DNA of 64,000 bases, taken from positions 4,177-68,176 of the forward strand of contig JBEIPA010000006.1 in NCBI GenBank assembly GCA_040377305.1. The letters are read 5' to 3'. Below are positions 18,440-27,853 of the stretch, in pieces. Source of the DNA: Flavobacteriales bacterium (lineage in GTDB: Bacteria; Bacteroidota; Bacteroidia; Palsa-965). The notes beneath the pieces were generated by a model, which made no database searches, was not told where the DNA came from, and saw nothing but the letters and a program-made list of their open reading frames with translations. The position numbers and the translations under genes were made by a program. How positions within the stretch are numbered: position 1 is the first letter of the stretch; the number at the start of each line of letters is the position of its first letter.

Positions 18440-18841
18440 TCACTTCCGTCCAATATTCTCAAACAACAACTGGTGTTGCTTTCTGAAAATGCGCTGCATC
18501 ATGAACTTAACCGGCAGTGGCGATTTAAATTGAATTTCCTCGTCGATCACAGTGCAATTGCTGTCTGACTTTAACGCGAACTTCATTTCAATCTTAGTCA
18601 ATCGGAATACCGTTGCCCGAACAGTAACTGTTTTGTCCGCACTGTTTTTTTCAATCGTAACCGGGTAAGTGAATGAAAATGGGATGAAGCCTAATTTTAA
18701 AGTCTCGTGAACTAAATAAACTTCATTACCGGTATTATCAATGCGGGAAATAACCGGATGCACCGATACATATTTTTGCGTGTCGGTTAAATAGTCAAAA
18801 ACAAAGTCGATGTCTTTGTTTACTGTGAATGAAAGTTTCAT
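18440..18841 (-). CDS. SRPBCC (START/Bet v1-like) family protein
   Basis: 133 aa with the pattern typical of polyketide-cyclase-like SRPBCC proteins. Weak assignment. Confidence 0.4.
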   Translation of the reverse strand: MKLSFTVNKDIDFVFDYLTDTQKYVSVHPVISRIDNTGNEVYLVHETLKLGFIPFSFTYPVTIEKNSADKTVTVRATVFRLTKIEMKFALKSDSNCTVIDEEIQFKSPLPVKFMMQRIFRKQHQLLFENIGRK

Positions 18842-18971
18842 TGTCGGTTATGTGTGTACAGTGAGCCATGCATTCAAGCGAACTGCACCATTTCAGAGAC
18901 AATGTAGTGTTAATTTCAGATTGTGATTTGTGCGAAAATCCGGATTGCTTCATGAGCACCAGGAATTACGC

Positions 18972-19739
18972 CTAAATCTGTTCGCGAGGCACCACTTCGG
19001 TTGTAACCGTAGAGCCGTTCAATGGTGAACCGTGTTGCATCAACCGTATCGAAAACCAAATCACATTCAGCAAAGTTCCGAGCAGAAGCGTTACGCCCCA
19101 GGTGCGCAGATTCTCCATCGGACTGATGAATTTCTCCACGATAGCACTCATCACCGAAAACGGCTGCGTGATCAGGTCCCAACTATTCCAACGCTCGAAG
19201 CGACCGATGTACACACCGAAAGCCGCAATGAAAAGTAACAGCGCAACAACGATCATCGATTTCCGCTGACTCATGAATTTCGCCAGCATACGTTGAATGT
19301 CCTGAAGACTTTTGAATCCGGCGAAGAGTCCAGCCCATGCGAAAAGCAGAATCATCATCAGGTCGAACCACTGAGGCATGGAACTTACTTTGCCGAGATG
19401 AAATAAGTCGGTGAGAATGTATGGAGCGTTCGGGAAGAAGAGAAGCCACATCGGCAGAAGAAAAATAACTTTCGCTTTGGTGATCTGTTCCCGTCCCCCT
19501 TCGGTTTCCGGACGGGCATTGTGCATCAACAAGCGACTTAACAGCAAGGGAATTCCGGCGAGAAACAAATTCCAGTTCAGAAACAGGAAGTGACCCGATT
19601 CACTCATGAAACATCTCGCGATCGAGAGTGTAAAACATCCCACGCAGAGTAACAGAAAAGCTGCTACTGAGGGATTCCGAAGTTGTTGCCCAATGAAATT
19701 CATGGCAGCAATATGGCAAGAAGTGAGCCAATGATACAA
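18972..19739 (-). CDS. DUF1361-like integral membrane protein
   Basis: Multiple TM helices. The FLNWNLFLAGIPLLLS motif is characteristic of DUF1361. Confidence 0.45.
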   Translation of the reverse strand: MYHWLTSCHIAAMNFIGQQLRNPSVAAFLLLCVGCFTLSIARCFMSESGHFLFLNWNLFLAGIPLLLSRLLMHNARPETEGGREQITKAKVIFLLPMWLLFFPNAPYILTDLFHLGKVSSMPQWFDLMMILLFAWAGLFAGFKSLQDIQRMLAKFMSQRKSMIVVALLLFIAAFGVYIGRFERWNSWDLITQPFSVMSAIVEKFISPMENLRTWGVTLLLGTLLNVIWFSIRLMQHGSPLNGSTVTTEVVPREQI

Positions 19740-19813
19740 GTCGCTTATACTACTTTAACAGTATATGGTGATTAGTGCAGGATGCGCTGAACAAGTGTTA
19801 CGACTCCCTGCCT

Positions 19814-21682
19814 TTACTGGATGGTTTCGAAGCTGCGATCGGTGAGCAGGAATTCGACGCGTACATCATCCACGAACAGTTTTCCTTTCGGCTCCGTGCT
19901 CCACATTCCGAATGTAACTTCATCAACGGTTTGCGGGTTGATCAATGTACTGTCGACAATTTCATAGCCGAACTCTTTGTAGTCCCATTTGCCGGGATTG
20001 ATGTAATCCTTGATCAGGTAAAACGGCACATTGGCAATCACTGAATCGTTCTTTCGGAATTCAAGAAACATACTCACCATTCCAACGCTGTCTTCGCAGT
20101 ACGCTTCGTAGGAAACCCGCACTTTTTTCCATCCGGGTTTCGAAAAGAGTGCAGGATAAGGATCGCGCGTGATTATGCAACTTGCCCATTTTTCGTCGAA
20201 GCGCAAGGCCTGTTTTCCGGAAAATGAAATACTATCGGTAACTGGACAATCTTTTATATCCGATTCAAAACCGTGCGTGTATTCTTCAACAGCAAGAATT
20301 GTTTGAGGAGGCACGGGATAAATGTTCGCAGGATCGGTGCGGAAGTAATTTCTCCAATACAGTTCACTGTAAGTCGAATACTCGCTCAGGATTCCATGGT
20401 TCAGTTGGTAATTCTTGAGTTGGTAGTGCGCGATGGTCAGCGAAATGAGTGCGATCACCGCGAAGCGAGCTTTCCTGTGCTGCGTTCCGGCGATTAAAGC
20501 ACCCAGCATGATTGCAATCAACGGATAATAATCGATGAGGGCGCGACGCGTTATCGGCCAATACCACCATGCGGAATACAGGAATACAATTGCGAAAAAA
20601 AAGAGCGGAACCACCACACGTTGTTTCCCTTTCAGGAAATAAATACCGGCAAGTGAAAGTAACGCCAAAGGCACATAGAGGTACAAACCGTTGTGATAGC
20701 TGAACAGCGCATCGACGAAATGAGCATCTCCGAAATTAAATCGCTCATTGGTATATGTGTAGGCAAACAGTTTTCCGGTTGAAGCATAAACGATCGAAAA
20801 ATGCCACGCCAGCACCAAAAATAAAACGCCGATGCTGATCAGGTAGCGTTTATTCCATCCGGAAAAATACTTGTGTTCGCGGAAAAATCCATTCGGTATA
20901 AATGCGGGTGCCATGAATAATATGAGTCCGTTTAAAGGCCGGATGGATACAGTGATCGTCAATGCCAGAAGCAACAGGAAAAGGTTGTACGTTCTTCTTT
21001 CGGGACTCTTGAAATACGCGTACAGATAGTACAGCACAACTGTATTGAACGTGAACGAATAGGCATGCGACAACGAGTTGTTGAAAATTCCAAACATATA
21101 GAGATTGCTGCCGAAGAAAATCACCGCCGGAATCCATACGCCGGAAGTTTCATTGCCGGTAATTCCCTGAATTAATTTTCTCAGGTAAATCAGTCCAATG
21201 ATCAGCCAGAAGAGTGAGGCCACACCTATCGCGAGCTGGTAGGGAAGTGAATATCCATCTGCAGGATAACCGAACATTTTTGCAGCAAGATGGCCACCGA
21301 AAAAAAACGGCATCCACGTAAACGAAAGTCCAGGATAGTACTTGTTGATCTTGCGGTCGCCATACTGAACAAGCAGATTATCTTCCGGATTGTTAAAGGC
21401 ACTGTATTGATAATTTTGGTTGTGTACTTCGTTGAACCAATGAAACGTGAGGTCCTCGTCCTGATGAATGAATACGGCGGGCAGGTAAGAATAATAGCCC
21501 AGTCCGTCACCGGCGATAAACGGATTCCACGGACTATTGAGTGGTCGTTGCCAGATAAATACAGCGCTCACGAGCAACAGCAGCAATGAAAATGTCAGAT
21601 TCGGTTTCCGCGTGGTGAGCATGTGCGGTAAAAATAGGGTGTTTAACCACATAGAATCCTGGAAACATCGGTCCTGCGACAT
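19814..21682 (-). CDS. large multi-pass membrane protein, possible GT-C fold (ArnT/PMT-like) glycosyltransferase with C-terminal soluble domain
   Basis: About 12 predicted TM segments in the first 420 aa, then a ~180 aa hydrophilic C-terminal domain. Assignment is by architecture only. Confidence 0.3.
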   Translation of the reverse strand: MSQDRCFQDSMWLNTLFLPHMLTTRKPNLTFSLLLLLVSAVFIWQRPLNSPWNPFIAGDGLGYYSYLPAVFIHQDEDLTFHWFNEVHNQNYQYSAFNNPEDNLLVQYGDRKINKYYPGLSFTWMPFFFGGHLAAKMFGYPADGYSLPYQLAIGVASLFWLIIGLIYLRKLIQGITGNETSGVWIPAVIFFGSNLYMFGIFNNSLSHAYSFTFNTVVLYYLYAYFKSPERRTYNLFLLLLALTITVSIRPLNGLILFMAPAFIPNGFFREHKYFSGWNKRYLISIGVLFLVLAWHFSIVYASTGKLFAYTYTNERFNFGDAHFVDALFSYHNGLYLYVPLALLSLAGIYFLKGKQRVVVPLFFFAIVFLYSAWWYWPITRRALIDYYPLIAIMLGALIAGTQHRKARFAVIALISLTIAHYQLKNYQLNHGILSEYSTYSELYWRNYFRTDPANIYPVPPQTILAVEEYTHGFESDIKDCPVTDSISFSGKQALRFDEKWASCIITRDPYPALFSKPGWKKVRVSYEAYCEDSVGMVSMFLEFRKNDSVIANVPFYLIKDYINPGKWDYKEFGYEIVDSTLINPQTVDEVTFGMWSTEPKGKLFVDDVRVEFLLTDRSFETIQ

Positions 21683-21751
21683 TCAATATTTGGGGTTGAT
21701 TTTCAATAGATTAACGTTCTATACCCAACTTTCTTATGCATTGCCGTAACC

Positions 21752-21772
21752 ATACATAATAATCTTATGTAT
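21752..21772. promoter_or_regulatory. candidate PadR operator (8-bp inverted repeat ATACATAA-N5-TTATGTAT) just upstream of the padR start
   Basis: Perfect inverted repeat 9-30 bp upstream of the ATG at 21781. PadR regulators bind ATGT/ACAT-containing palindromes and autoregulate. Confidence 0.35.
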
Positions 21773-21780
21773 AATTGCGT

Positions 21781-22125
21781 ATGTATTCAAGTGAATTAAT
21801 TCGCGGAACATTAAAAACGATTGTTCTGAAGTTGCTGAAAGATGAAGGCAAAATGTACGGGTACGAGATCACCGCACGCGTGAGAGAATTGACCGACGGG
21901 AAAATTGAAATCACCGAAGGTGCGCTCTATCCTACATTGCACGCACTCGAAGCAGATGGAATTGTAACTACTGAAACCATGCACATCGGTCGTCGCGTGC
22001 GGAAGTATTACAAGCTCACTGCTGAAGGTCGCGCTAATGCAAAACGTAAGCTCAGTGAAATGACCGATTTCCTGAACACGATGCGCATTCTCTTCGAAGG
22101 CACAGCTGGACTTAAGCATGCGTAG
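21781..22125 (+). CDS. PadR family transcriptional regulator
   Basis: GYEI...ITEGALYPTLHALEADGIV winged-helix signature. The ORF track start at 21775 is TTG; the first ATG is at 21781. Confidence 0.85.
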   Translation: MYSSELIRGTLKTIVLKLLKDEGKMYGYEITARVRELTDGKIEITEGALYPTLHALEADGIVTTETMHIGRRVRKYYKLTAEGRANAKRKLSEMTDFLNTMRILFEGTAGLKHA

Positions 22126-23182
22126 TCTCAGCGACGAACAAATCGATTTCATTGCCGACGACATCCGCATCCGCGGGGTGTTTACGCAATCGCTGCAGGA
22201 AGATCTCCTCGATCACATCTGCTGTTTCATAGAGGAACAGGATGATGAAAGACCGTTCGAGGAAATTTACCGGCGGGCATTGGATGCTTTTGGTCAACAA
22301 GGACTACAAGGCATTCAGGATGAAACACTCTATTTAGTTAACCGACCTTATCTAACCAAGATGAAAAAAATAGCTTATCTCTCAGGTGGACTTTCTGCCA
22401 CAGCACTCGTACTCGGTGCACTCTTCAAAGTTCAGCACTGGCCCGGAGCAAATGTTATGCTCATTAGCGGAACACTACTCATGACGTTCTTCTTCATTCC
22501 GTATTTCTTCTACACGCAATTCACGGAACAAACAGAGAAGAAAGGAAAAGTCATTTCTACTCTTGGCCTGATCACTGCTGTACTCATGGCAACCGGAGCA
22601 TTTTTCAAATTAATGCACTGGCCCGGAGCAACAATCCTGATTATTGCATTCACATTTTTCTTTCTGATTTTCCTGCCGTTGTATATTATCAATGGTGCCA
22701 GAAATCCGCTCACGCGATTGTCATCAGTCAGCAACGGATTTTTGTTTGCATGTATTGGTGGATTCATGATGCTGCTATCTTTTCAGCAACCGAGTAAGGC
22801 CGTGACGGATTCTCTTGTGATCATTGAACAGAATCAAACACAGCTGTTGGCTAAAATGAAAGATCAACTCGCGAACAGTGATGCAGCATCAACAACCAAG
22901 CAAGCCTTGGAGCAATTTGTTGCTTCGTGTGATCAGTCAGTCTCGACGATTGCCACCGACGACGCTGCTACAATCGGCAACGGTTTGCCCGTGAGCAATG
23001 AACAACTCGCTCCATTCAACACGAGAATCAGTGATGCAGTAAGCACGCTGAATACAACGATGGCTTCGAATCCAAACTGGACGCCGTTGAAGTATAACAT
23101 GATTGAGCGAACACTTTACGGAAGCGTGAAGTTCCAGGTCATGCAGCTGGAAACAGAAGCGTATGTGAATGCGATGAAATAG
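22118..23182 (+). CDS. HAAS-domain transmembrane partner of PadR, with duplicated FK(V/L)xHWPGA membrane hairpins
   Basis: Overlaps padR by 8 nt. N-terminal LSDEQIDFIADDIR...LLDHICCFIEE (HAAS-like) is followed by two repeats of ALFKVQHWPGANVML / AFFKLMHWPGATILI TM pairs (GldL-like ALFK.xH motif). A periplasmic coiled region follows. Confidence 0.5.
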   Translation: MRSLSDEQIDFIADDIRIRGVFTQSLQEDLLDHICCFIEEQDDERPFEEIYRRALDAFGQQGLQGIQDETLYLVNRPYLTKMKKIAYLSGGLSATALVLGALFKVQHWPGANVMLISGTLLMTFFFIPYFFYTQFTEQTEKKGKVISTLGLITAVLMATGAFFKLMHWPGATILIIAFTFFFLIFLPLYIINGARNPLTRLSSVSNGFLFACIGGFMMLLSFQQPSKAVTDSLVIIEQNQTQLLAKMKDQLANSDAASTTKQALEQFVASCDQSVSTIATDDAATIGNGLPVSNEQLAPFNTRISDAVSTLNTTMASNPNWTPLKYNMIERTLYGSVKFQVMQLETEAYVNAMK

Positions 23183-23213
23183 TGCCGTTCCAGATCCGCT
23201 AAACTTTATTTTC

Positions 23214-24494
23214 ATGACAAAAACGCAATGTGCGGCAGTACTTCTGTTCGCTATAGGGATACTATTTCCCGTGCAGAAATTACTCTCCTGTAGTTCGTAT
23301 AAGATTACGGCACATGGCAAAACCATGGTAGGAAGCAACTATGACTCGTGGTTCACAAACCCGGTGATCTGGTTTGAGACCAACGGTTATGGTGCTTCCT
23401 TCAGTGGTGCTCGTCGCGAAGGTGAAAATAGTGTTGCGCCGCAAACAGGATTGAATGTCCATGGACTTTCATTCGTCACTCTCGCGGCGCCTCCACAAAC
23501 GATCAATCCTGCCCAGCAAGGAAAGAAACCGATCGCCAGTCGCAGCAACTATCTCAAAGACATTTTACACACCTGCAGAAATGTCGAAGAAGTCAAAGCA
23601 TACGTGGAGCAACACGATCGCAGTTTGCTGTTTGACGAAGTATTCCTCTACACCGATAGTTCCGGACACTACCTCGTTGTTGAACCCAATGCATTGACCA
23701 TCGGTGAAGATCCGTCGTATGTGCTCGCGAACTTTTGTCCATCCACAATTGCAGACATCTCTACGATCAAACAAGAACGCTATATCAATGGATCTGCATT
23801 TGTCAGTAACAAAATTGATTCTTCTCTGGCATTTTGCACGGCACTGTCAGACACCATGCATGTGTGCAGAGATAAAATCGGAGATGGCACGTTACTGACT
23901 TCCATTCTCGATCTGAAACGCGGGATCATTCACTTGTACTTCTATCACGACTATCAGCATCATGCCCAGCTTAGCTTACAGGATGAACTCGCAAAAGGAG
24001 AACATCAGATTGAGATCGCAACTTTGTTTCCCGTCAATGCAGAATATGAAGCGTTTCTCGCATTCAAAACTCCGGGCACGAGTACGTTCGTCACCAACTT
24101 TCTGTTTTCGTGTGCAGGCTTCTTCTTTCTTTCCGGATTTATCTTCCTTGTGAGTTTCTTCAGAAATCGCGGCGAGAAATACCGATATGTGAAGTTGCTG
24201 CTGCCTCAATTGTTTTGGATTCTGACTTTCTACACGCTGGTCCTGATTAAAAATGACGGCATCTACTACTTTCCTGCACCTTATCAGGATTATCAGTTTT
24301 CGATTCTTGATGTTGCAGCGTACGTTCCGTTCGTGTTGTTGATTGCGGCGATACCGTTAATCGTTGTAAACAGGAATCTGTTCCGGTCGCCACTTTGGGG
24401 ACGTTTTATGCGAGGGCTGTTTACCGTAACCAACGTAGCGTTTGTATTGCTGATTATCGGCTTTGGCTATTGGGGATTGTATAATGTTTTCTGA
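23214..24494 (+). CDS. Ntn-hydrolase (choloylglycine hydrolase/C59-like) domain fused to C-terminal 4-TM membrane domain
   Basis: The signal peptide ends ...LLSCSSYKITAHG...GSNYD, with Cys at the predicted cleavage site as in linear amide C-N hydrolases. The C-terminal 130 aa form four hydrophobic helices. Confidence 0.45.
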   Translation: MTKTQCAAVLLFAIGILFPVQKLLSCSSYKITAHGKTMVGSNYDSWFTNPVIWFETNGYGASFSGARREGENSVAPQTGLNVHGLSFVTLAAPPQTINPAQQGKKPIASRSNYLKDILHTCRNVEEVKAYVEQHDRSLLFDEVFLYTDSSGHYLVVEPNALTIGEDPSYVLANFCPSTIADISTIKQERYINGSAFVSNKIDSSLAFCTALSDTMHVCRDKIGDGTLLTSILDLKRGIIHLYFYHDYQHHAQLSLQDELAKGEHQIEIATLFPVNAEYEAFLAFKTPGTSTFVTNFLFSCAGFFFLSGFIFLVSFFRNRGEKYRYVKLLLPQLFWILTFYTLVLIKNDGIYYFPAPYQDYQFSILDVAAYVPFVLLIAAIPLIVVNRNLFRSPLWGRFMRGLFTVTNVAFVLLIIGFGYWGLYNVF

Positions 24495-24511
24495 AATTAT
24501 CGTTCACACAT

Positions 24512-24610
24512 GACAGCCGCGGGATTCATCCCGCGGTGTTATGTCCAGATCGATACCAAACAACATGAGAACGGCGGGTTTAAACCCGCCGTTGTTCATG
24601 TCGCAAATTT
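24512..24610. terminator. two perfect stem-loops between convergent genes
   Basis: ccgcgggattcatcccgcgg (24517-24536) and aacggcgggtttaaacccgccgtt (24571-24594). These lie between the stops at 24494 (+) and 24770 (-). Confidence 0.7.
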
Positions 24611-24769
24611 CCGCTGTACGTTTCGTCATCCGCGCGATAAATCGCACGGCTGTCAAAGTTTATATGGCTACTCCTTAATAAACTTCCCGCCTCCCGTCAA
24701 TTCCCCTTCGGAAAGCACTGAATAGAAATAAATTCCTGCAGCCAGTTCGCGACAGGAAATTGTTTGGTC

Positions 24770-26341
24770 CTATGTGGTCAACTGAATCCGCTTCACTTCC
24801 TCGCCAATGGAATTGTACATCACGAATATTTCGTTATCGCCTGGCAACATGGTAGAATGAACAACGAATTCCGAATTAGCGGGATTAGGAAACAACACCA
24901 CATTTGCTTCAGCAATCGAATGCTCTTCATCAACACCAACCGGTGGCAGAAACGGATGACAAATCGTATCAGTTGCAACCAGTGCTGAAAGAATCGGCAT
25001 GTAGTACACAACCGACTGATTGGCGAAATCGAAGTAATCATAAATCTTACCATCGACAAACGTTGTACTGCTGCTGCCCCAATAATTTCCGCCGACAAAC
25101 AAATTCGGTGAACCATACGGAATGTTGTTGTTCAGTTCATACTGGCAGAGCGGATTGATAAAAGAATTTCCGCTCATGTACATGAAATCGAATGAAGGAT
25201 CGTTGGTTTGCGGACCCAGCAACATCATGAAATTAACACCGTCATTCTCTGAGAAGGTATTGTTGTATATCTGCAAAGACCTTACGGTTCCCGATAGCGT
25301 GTGATCAATGTGACAGCATGAGTTTCCCGGCGATGAATTGTGACGGATCGTGTTGTCGGAAATAAACATAGTATCATAACCTCCGACTCCAAGCAGAAAA
25401 ACAGATGGTCCTGATGCATTGCTATTGTATTCAATGAGGTTGTTGTGAATCAATCCTGAACCAAACGGATTCGCTCCGTCGTTCCAGTGAATCGCAGGTC
25501 CGTTCATGTTATTCCGGAACTTGCAGCAAATGATGGTATCGCATTCGCCTTGCAATGCGACAACCGCAGGACCGTTATTATTGAGAAATGCACTGTTCCT
25601 GATCGTAATGTGATGAAGTCCGTTGTTCTGCCAGCTCAGCGCTCCGTAGTTCAATCTGAAATATGAATCGATTATCAGAGACTGCAGACCATCATAACTC
25701 TGAAGCACGTGAATGGCTCCTTCCAGATTCGAAACGAATGTATCATTGCGCAATGTAAAATGTCCGCCCTGGTAATAGATTCCACGTTTAGGAAAATTAC
25801 CAATACGTGTTGAATCAACCGTCAGATGAACGCCATTGAAATTGATGCCGCACCATGAACCATCTGTAATTCTGCAATGATTAATGTAAGGAGAACACTG
25901 TTGTATATCGACCGAGCCCCACATCAAAGAACCACCGTACTGCACGTCGCAATACTTCAGGATTGTTCCGGAAATATAATTTCCCTGTGCATTATAAACT
26001 GCATCGGTGGAAAAATCTGAGAAGTGCAGCTTCGCCCAGTCTCCTGGCTGAGGATTCACTTGATTCGATGTGAAAACAATTCGCTGCGAAGGTGTTCCGA
26101 TTGCAATGAGTTCTCCATCGATCTGCAGCGCTTTGTTGCTGTCAAATTTCACAACTACTCCCGGATCGATCGTCAAAGTAAAGCCTTGCGACAATAACGC
26201 GTTACCCGTAACGATGTACGGAGAACCCGCGAGCGTCCACGTGGTATTCGCATTGATGAATCCGCTCACGTTGGTTTGTGCGGATGCAGCATGTGCACAT
26301 AGAATGAGAAACACGGAGAAAATGGAGTACAGGTTTTTCAT
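24770..26341 (-). CDS. T9SS type-A CTD protein with right-handed parallel beta-helix (pectin-lyase-fold) repeats
   Basis: Signal MKNLYSIFSVFLILCAHAASAQ. Repeated N.x(F/I)..N beta-helix rungs. The C-terminal LFPNPANSEFVVH...MYNSIGEEV is a sorting domain. Confidence 0.75.
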   Translation of the reverse strand: MKNLYSIFSVFLILCAHAASAQTNVSGFINANTTWTLAGSPYIVTGNALLSQGFTLTIDPGVVVKFDSNKALQIDGELIAIGTPSQRIVFTSNQVNPQPGDWAKLHFSDFSTDAVYNAQGNYISGTILKYCDVQYGGSLMWGSVDIQQCSPYINHCRITDGSWCGINFNGVHLTVDSTRIGNFPKRGIYYQGGHFTLRNDTFVSNLEGAIHVLQSYDGLQSLIIDSYFRLNYGALSWQNNGLHHITIRNSAFLNNNGPAVVALQGECDTIICCKFRNNMNGPAIHWNDGANPFGSGLIHNNLIEYNSNASGPSVFLLGVGGYDTMFISDNTIRHNSSPGNSCCHIDHTLSGTVRSLQIYNNTFSENDGVNFMMLLGPQTNDPSFDFMYMSGNSFINPLCQYELNNNIPYGSPNLFVGGNYWGSSSTTFVDGKIYDYFDFANQSVVYYMPILSALVATDTICHPFLPPVGVDEEHSIAEANVVLFPNPANSEFVVHSTMLPGDNEIFVMYNSIGEEVKRIQLTT

Positions 26342-26502
26342 GACGATGATATGACCAGTACAAGTTACGGAGATCCGTTGTATGCGAGCATCGAAATCGA
26401 AGCGTCCTTACGTGTTCAGTAATCCCTGGCTGCGCAATACAACTTCCGCAACAGATCATGCACTAAAATCACGTTGATTTAACGCGATACGAATAGCCGA
26501 TC

Positions 26503-26817
26503 TTAACGAAACTGCTGAATGATTCTTTCGAGCTCTGCTGCACGCACAACTCCAGATTGACGCCATTTCACCTCGCCTTTCCGGAAAAGAATCAAAGTTG
26601 GAACTCCACGAATTCCATACGCGCCCGACACGGCAGGATTCTGATCTACATCCACTTTAATAATGGTTGCTGCATCTCCTACCCTGCTCTTCAATTCCTG
26701 AAGTTCCGGAGCCATCATTTTGCAAGGTCCGCACCACTCTGCATAGAAATCTACCAGCACCGGTTTATCCTGTCCGATAACCTTCGCGAACGCATTTGAC
26801 TTATCATTCGTTTCCAT
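26503..26817 (-). CDS. trxA: thioredoxin
   Basis: WCGPCK active site. 104 aa. Confidence 0.9.
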   Translation of the reverse strand: METNDKSNAFAKVIGQDKPVLVDFYAEWCGPCKMMAPELQELKSRVGDAATIIKVDVDQNPAVSGAYGIRGVPTLILFRKGEVKWRQSGVVRAAELERIIQQFR

Positions 26818-27073
26818 GTGGCTTCTCCTTTACTTCTTCAAAACTTATTTTTTCGTAACCCCCGCGTCCTTTGGATTCCGGTGTTTCACATGATCCGCCA
26901 AAACAATTTCCTGCAGCACATCCAAACCCAAATACGCCCATCGACGTGAAATACACACCAAATAGCATTCCAATCCACGAATGGATCGTATACGACTGCG
27001 CTACTACTGCAATACCTGCCACCGTGTACAACACACGGATCACTGTCCAACCCTTCAGGATTCTGTCTTTCAT
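26804..27073 (-). CDS. DUF2892 (YgaP-like) small membrane protein
   Basis: The internal ATG at 27073 gives MKDRILKGWTVIRVLYTVAGIAVV, two TM helices and a C-terminal GFGCAAGNCFGGSC. It overlaps the trx start by 14 nt. Confidence 0.5.
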   Translation of the reverse strand: MKDRILKGWTVIRVLYTVAGIAVVAQSYTIHSWIGMLFGVYFTSMGVFGFGCAAGNCFGGSCETPESKGRGGYEKISFEEVKEKPHGNE

Positions 27074-27316
27074 TTCTGTTGTGTTTACTACACGGAATAA
27101 TTCGTAATCACTGTTACGGAATACTACGTGCGATTTACGTAGCAAAGTTCGGAAAAGCATAGGGTCTGGTCTGTAACAAATGTTACTTGTCTGATCGTAC
27201 CAGACAAAAACAGCGTGTTTCCGGCAATAACACAACCTATCTCCTGCCAATTTTTGTTACTTCCTTATCGCGAAGCGCAGGTAAGCCACAATGCAGGTTC
27301 GGCGGATGAACAAAAA

Positions 27317-27853
27317 CTACTCCTTAGTTGCGCAATACAACTTCCACAACACATCATGTTCCGCCACAAAATCATTCTCAGACAACGTCGCTTCATCAAA
27401 CCATTTCAGTTCTGCAATATCATCCGATGCAACGGGCTCTCCGTTCCATTCTTCTGCGAGAAATAAATGTGTAATAATGCAATGTTCTGTTCCGCGATAA
27501 CGTGGATCGTCAATACGTGTAGAGCCGAGATACTTCACTGACTTCACAATCAGATTCGATTCTTCCTTCGCTTCGCGCTTTGCGGCGTCTTCGTACGAAT
27601 TGTCGAGAGCAGGATCGGCGAATCCTCCGAGGAAACGGAATTTGTTTTGCTTTGCTTTACGACCGAGAAGTAGTTTGTTGCCTTTTCGGATGATGACATC
27701 GACGGTGGCGAAGACGGTTGGGTAGTTCATATTGAAATGTAGTTCGTGTATTATTACTGTTGCATCGTAGTCCAAATCTGGTCTTTCGATTACTACTTCA
27801 CCACCGCGTAATAACTGCCCAGGCGGTGCAACAGCTGAAGAACTGATAACCAT
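27317..27853 (-). CDS. NUDIX hydrolase
   Basis: Nudix-box-like GGFADPALDNSYEDAAKREAKEESNL. The likely true start is the internal MNYPTVFATVDVII at 27730. Confidence 0.7.
   Translation of the reverse strand: MVISSSAVAPPGQLLRGGEVVIERPDLDYDATVIIHELHFNMNYPTVFATVDVIIRKGNKLLLGRKAKQNKFRFLGGFADPALDNSYEDAAKREAKEESNLIVKSVKYLGSTRIDDPRYRGTEHCIITHLFLAEEWNGEPVASDDIAELKWFDEATLSENDFVAEHDVLWKLYCATKE

Noticed and set aside
26202-26459. 85-aa minus-strand ORF starting MICCGSCIAQ
   Set aside because: Its start is created by the duplicated NUDIX 3'-end repeat. It runs antisense to the beta-helix gene 5' region with no supporting features.
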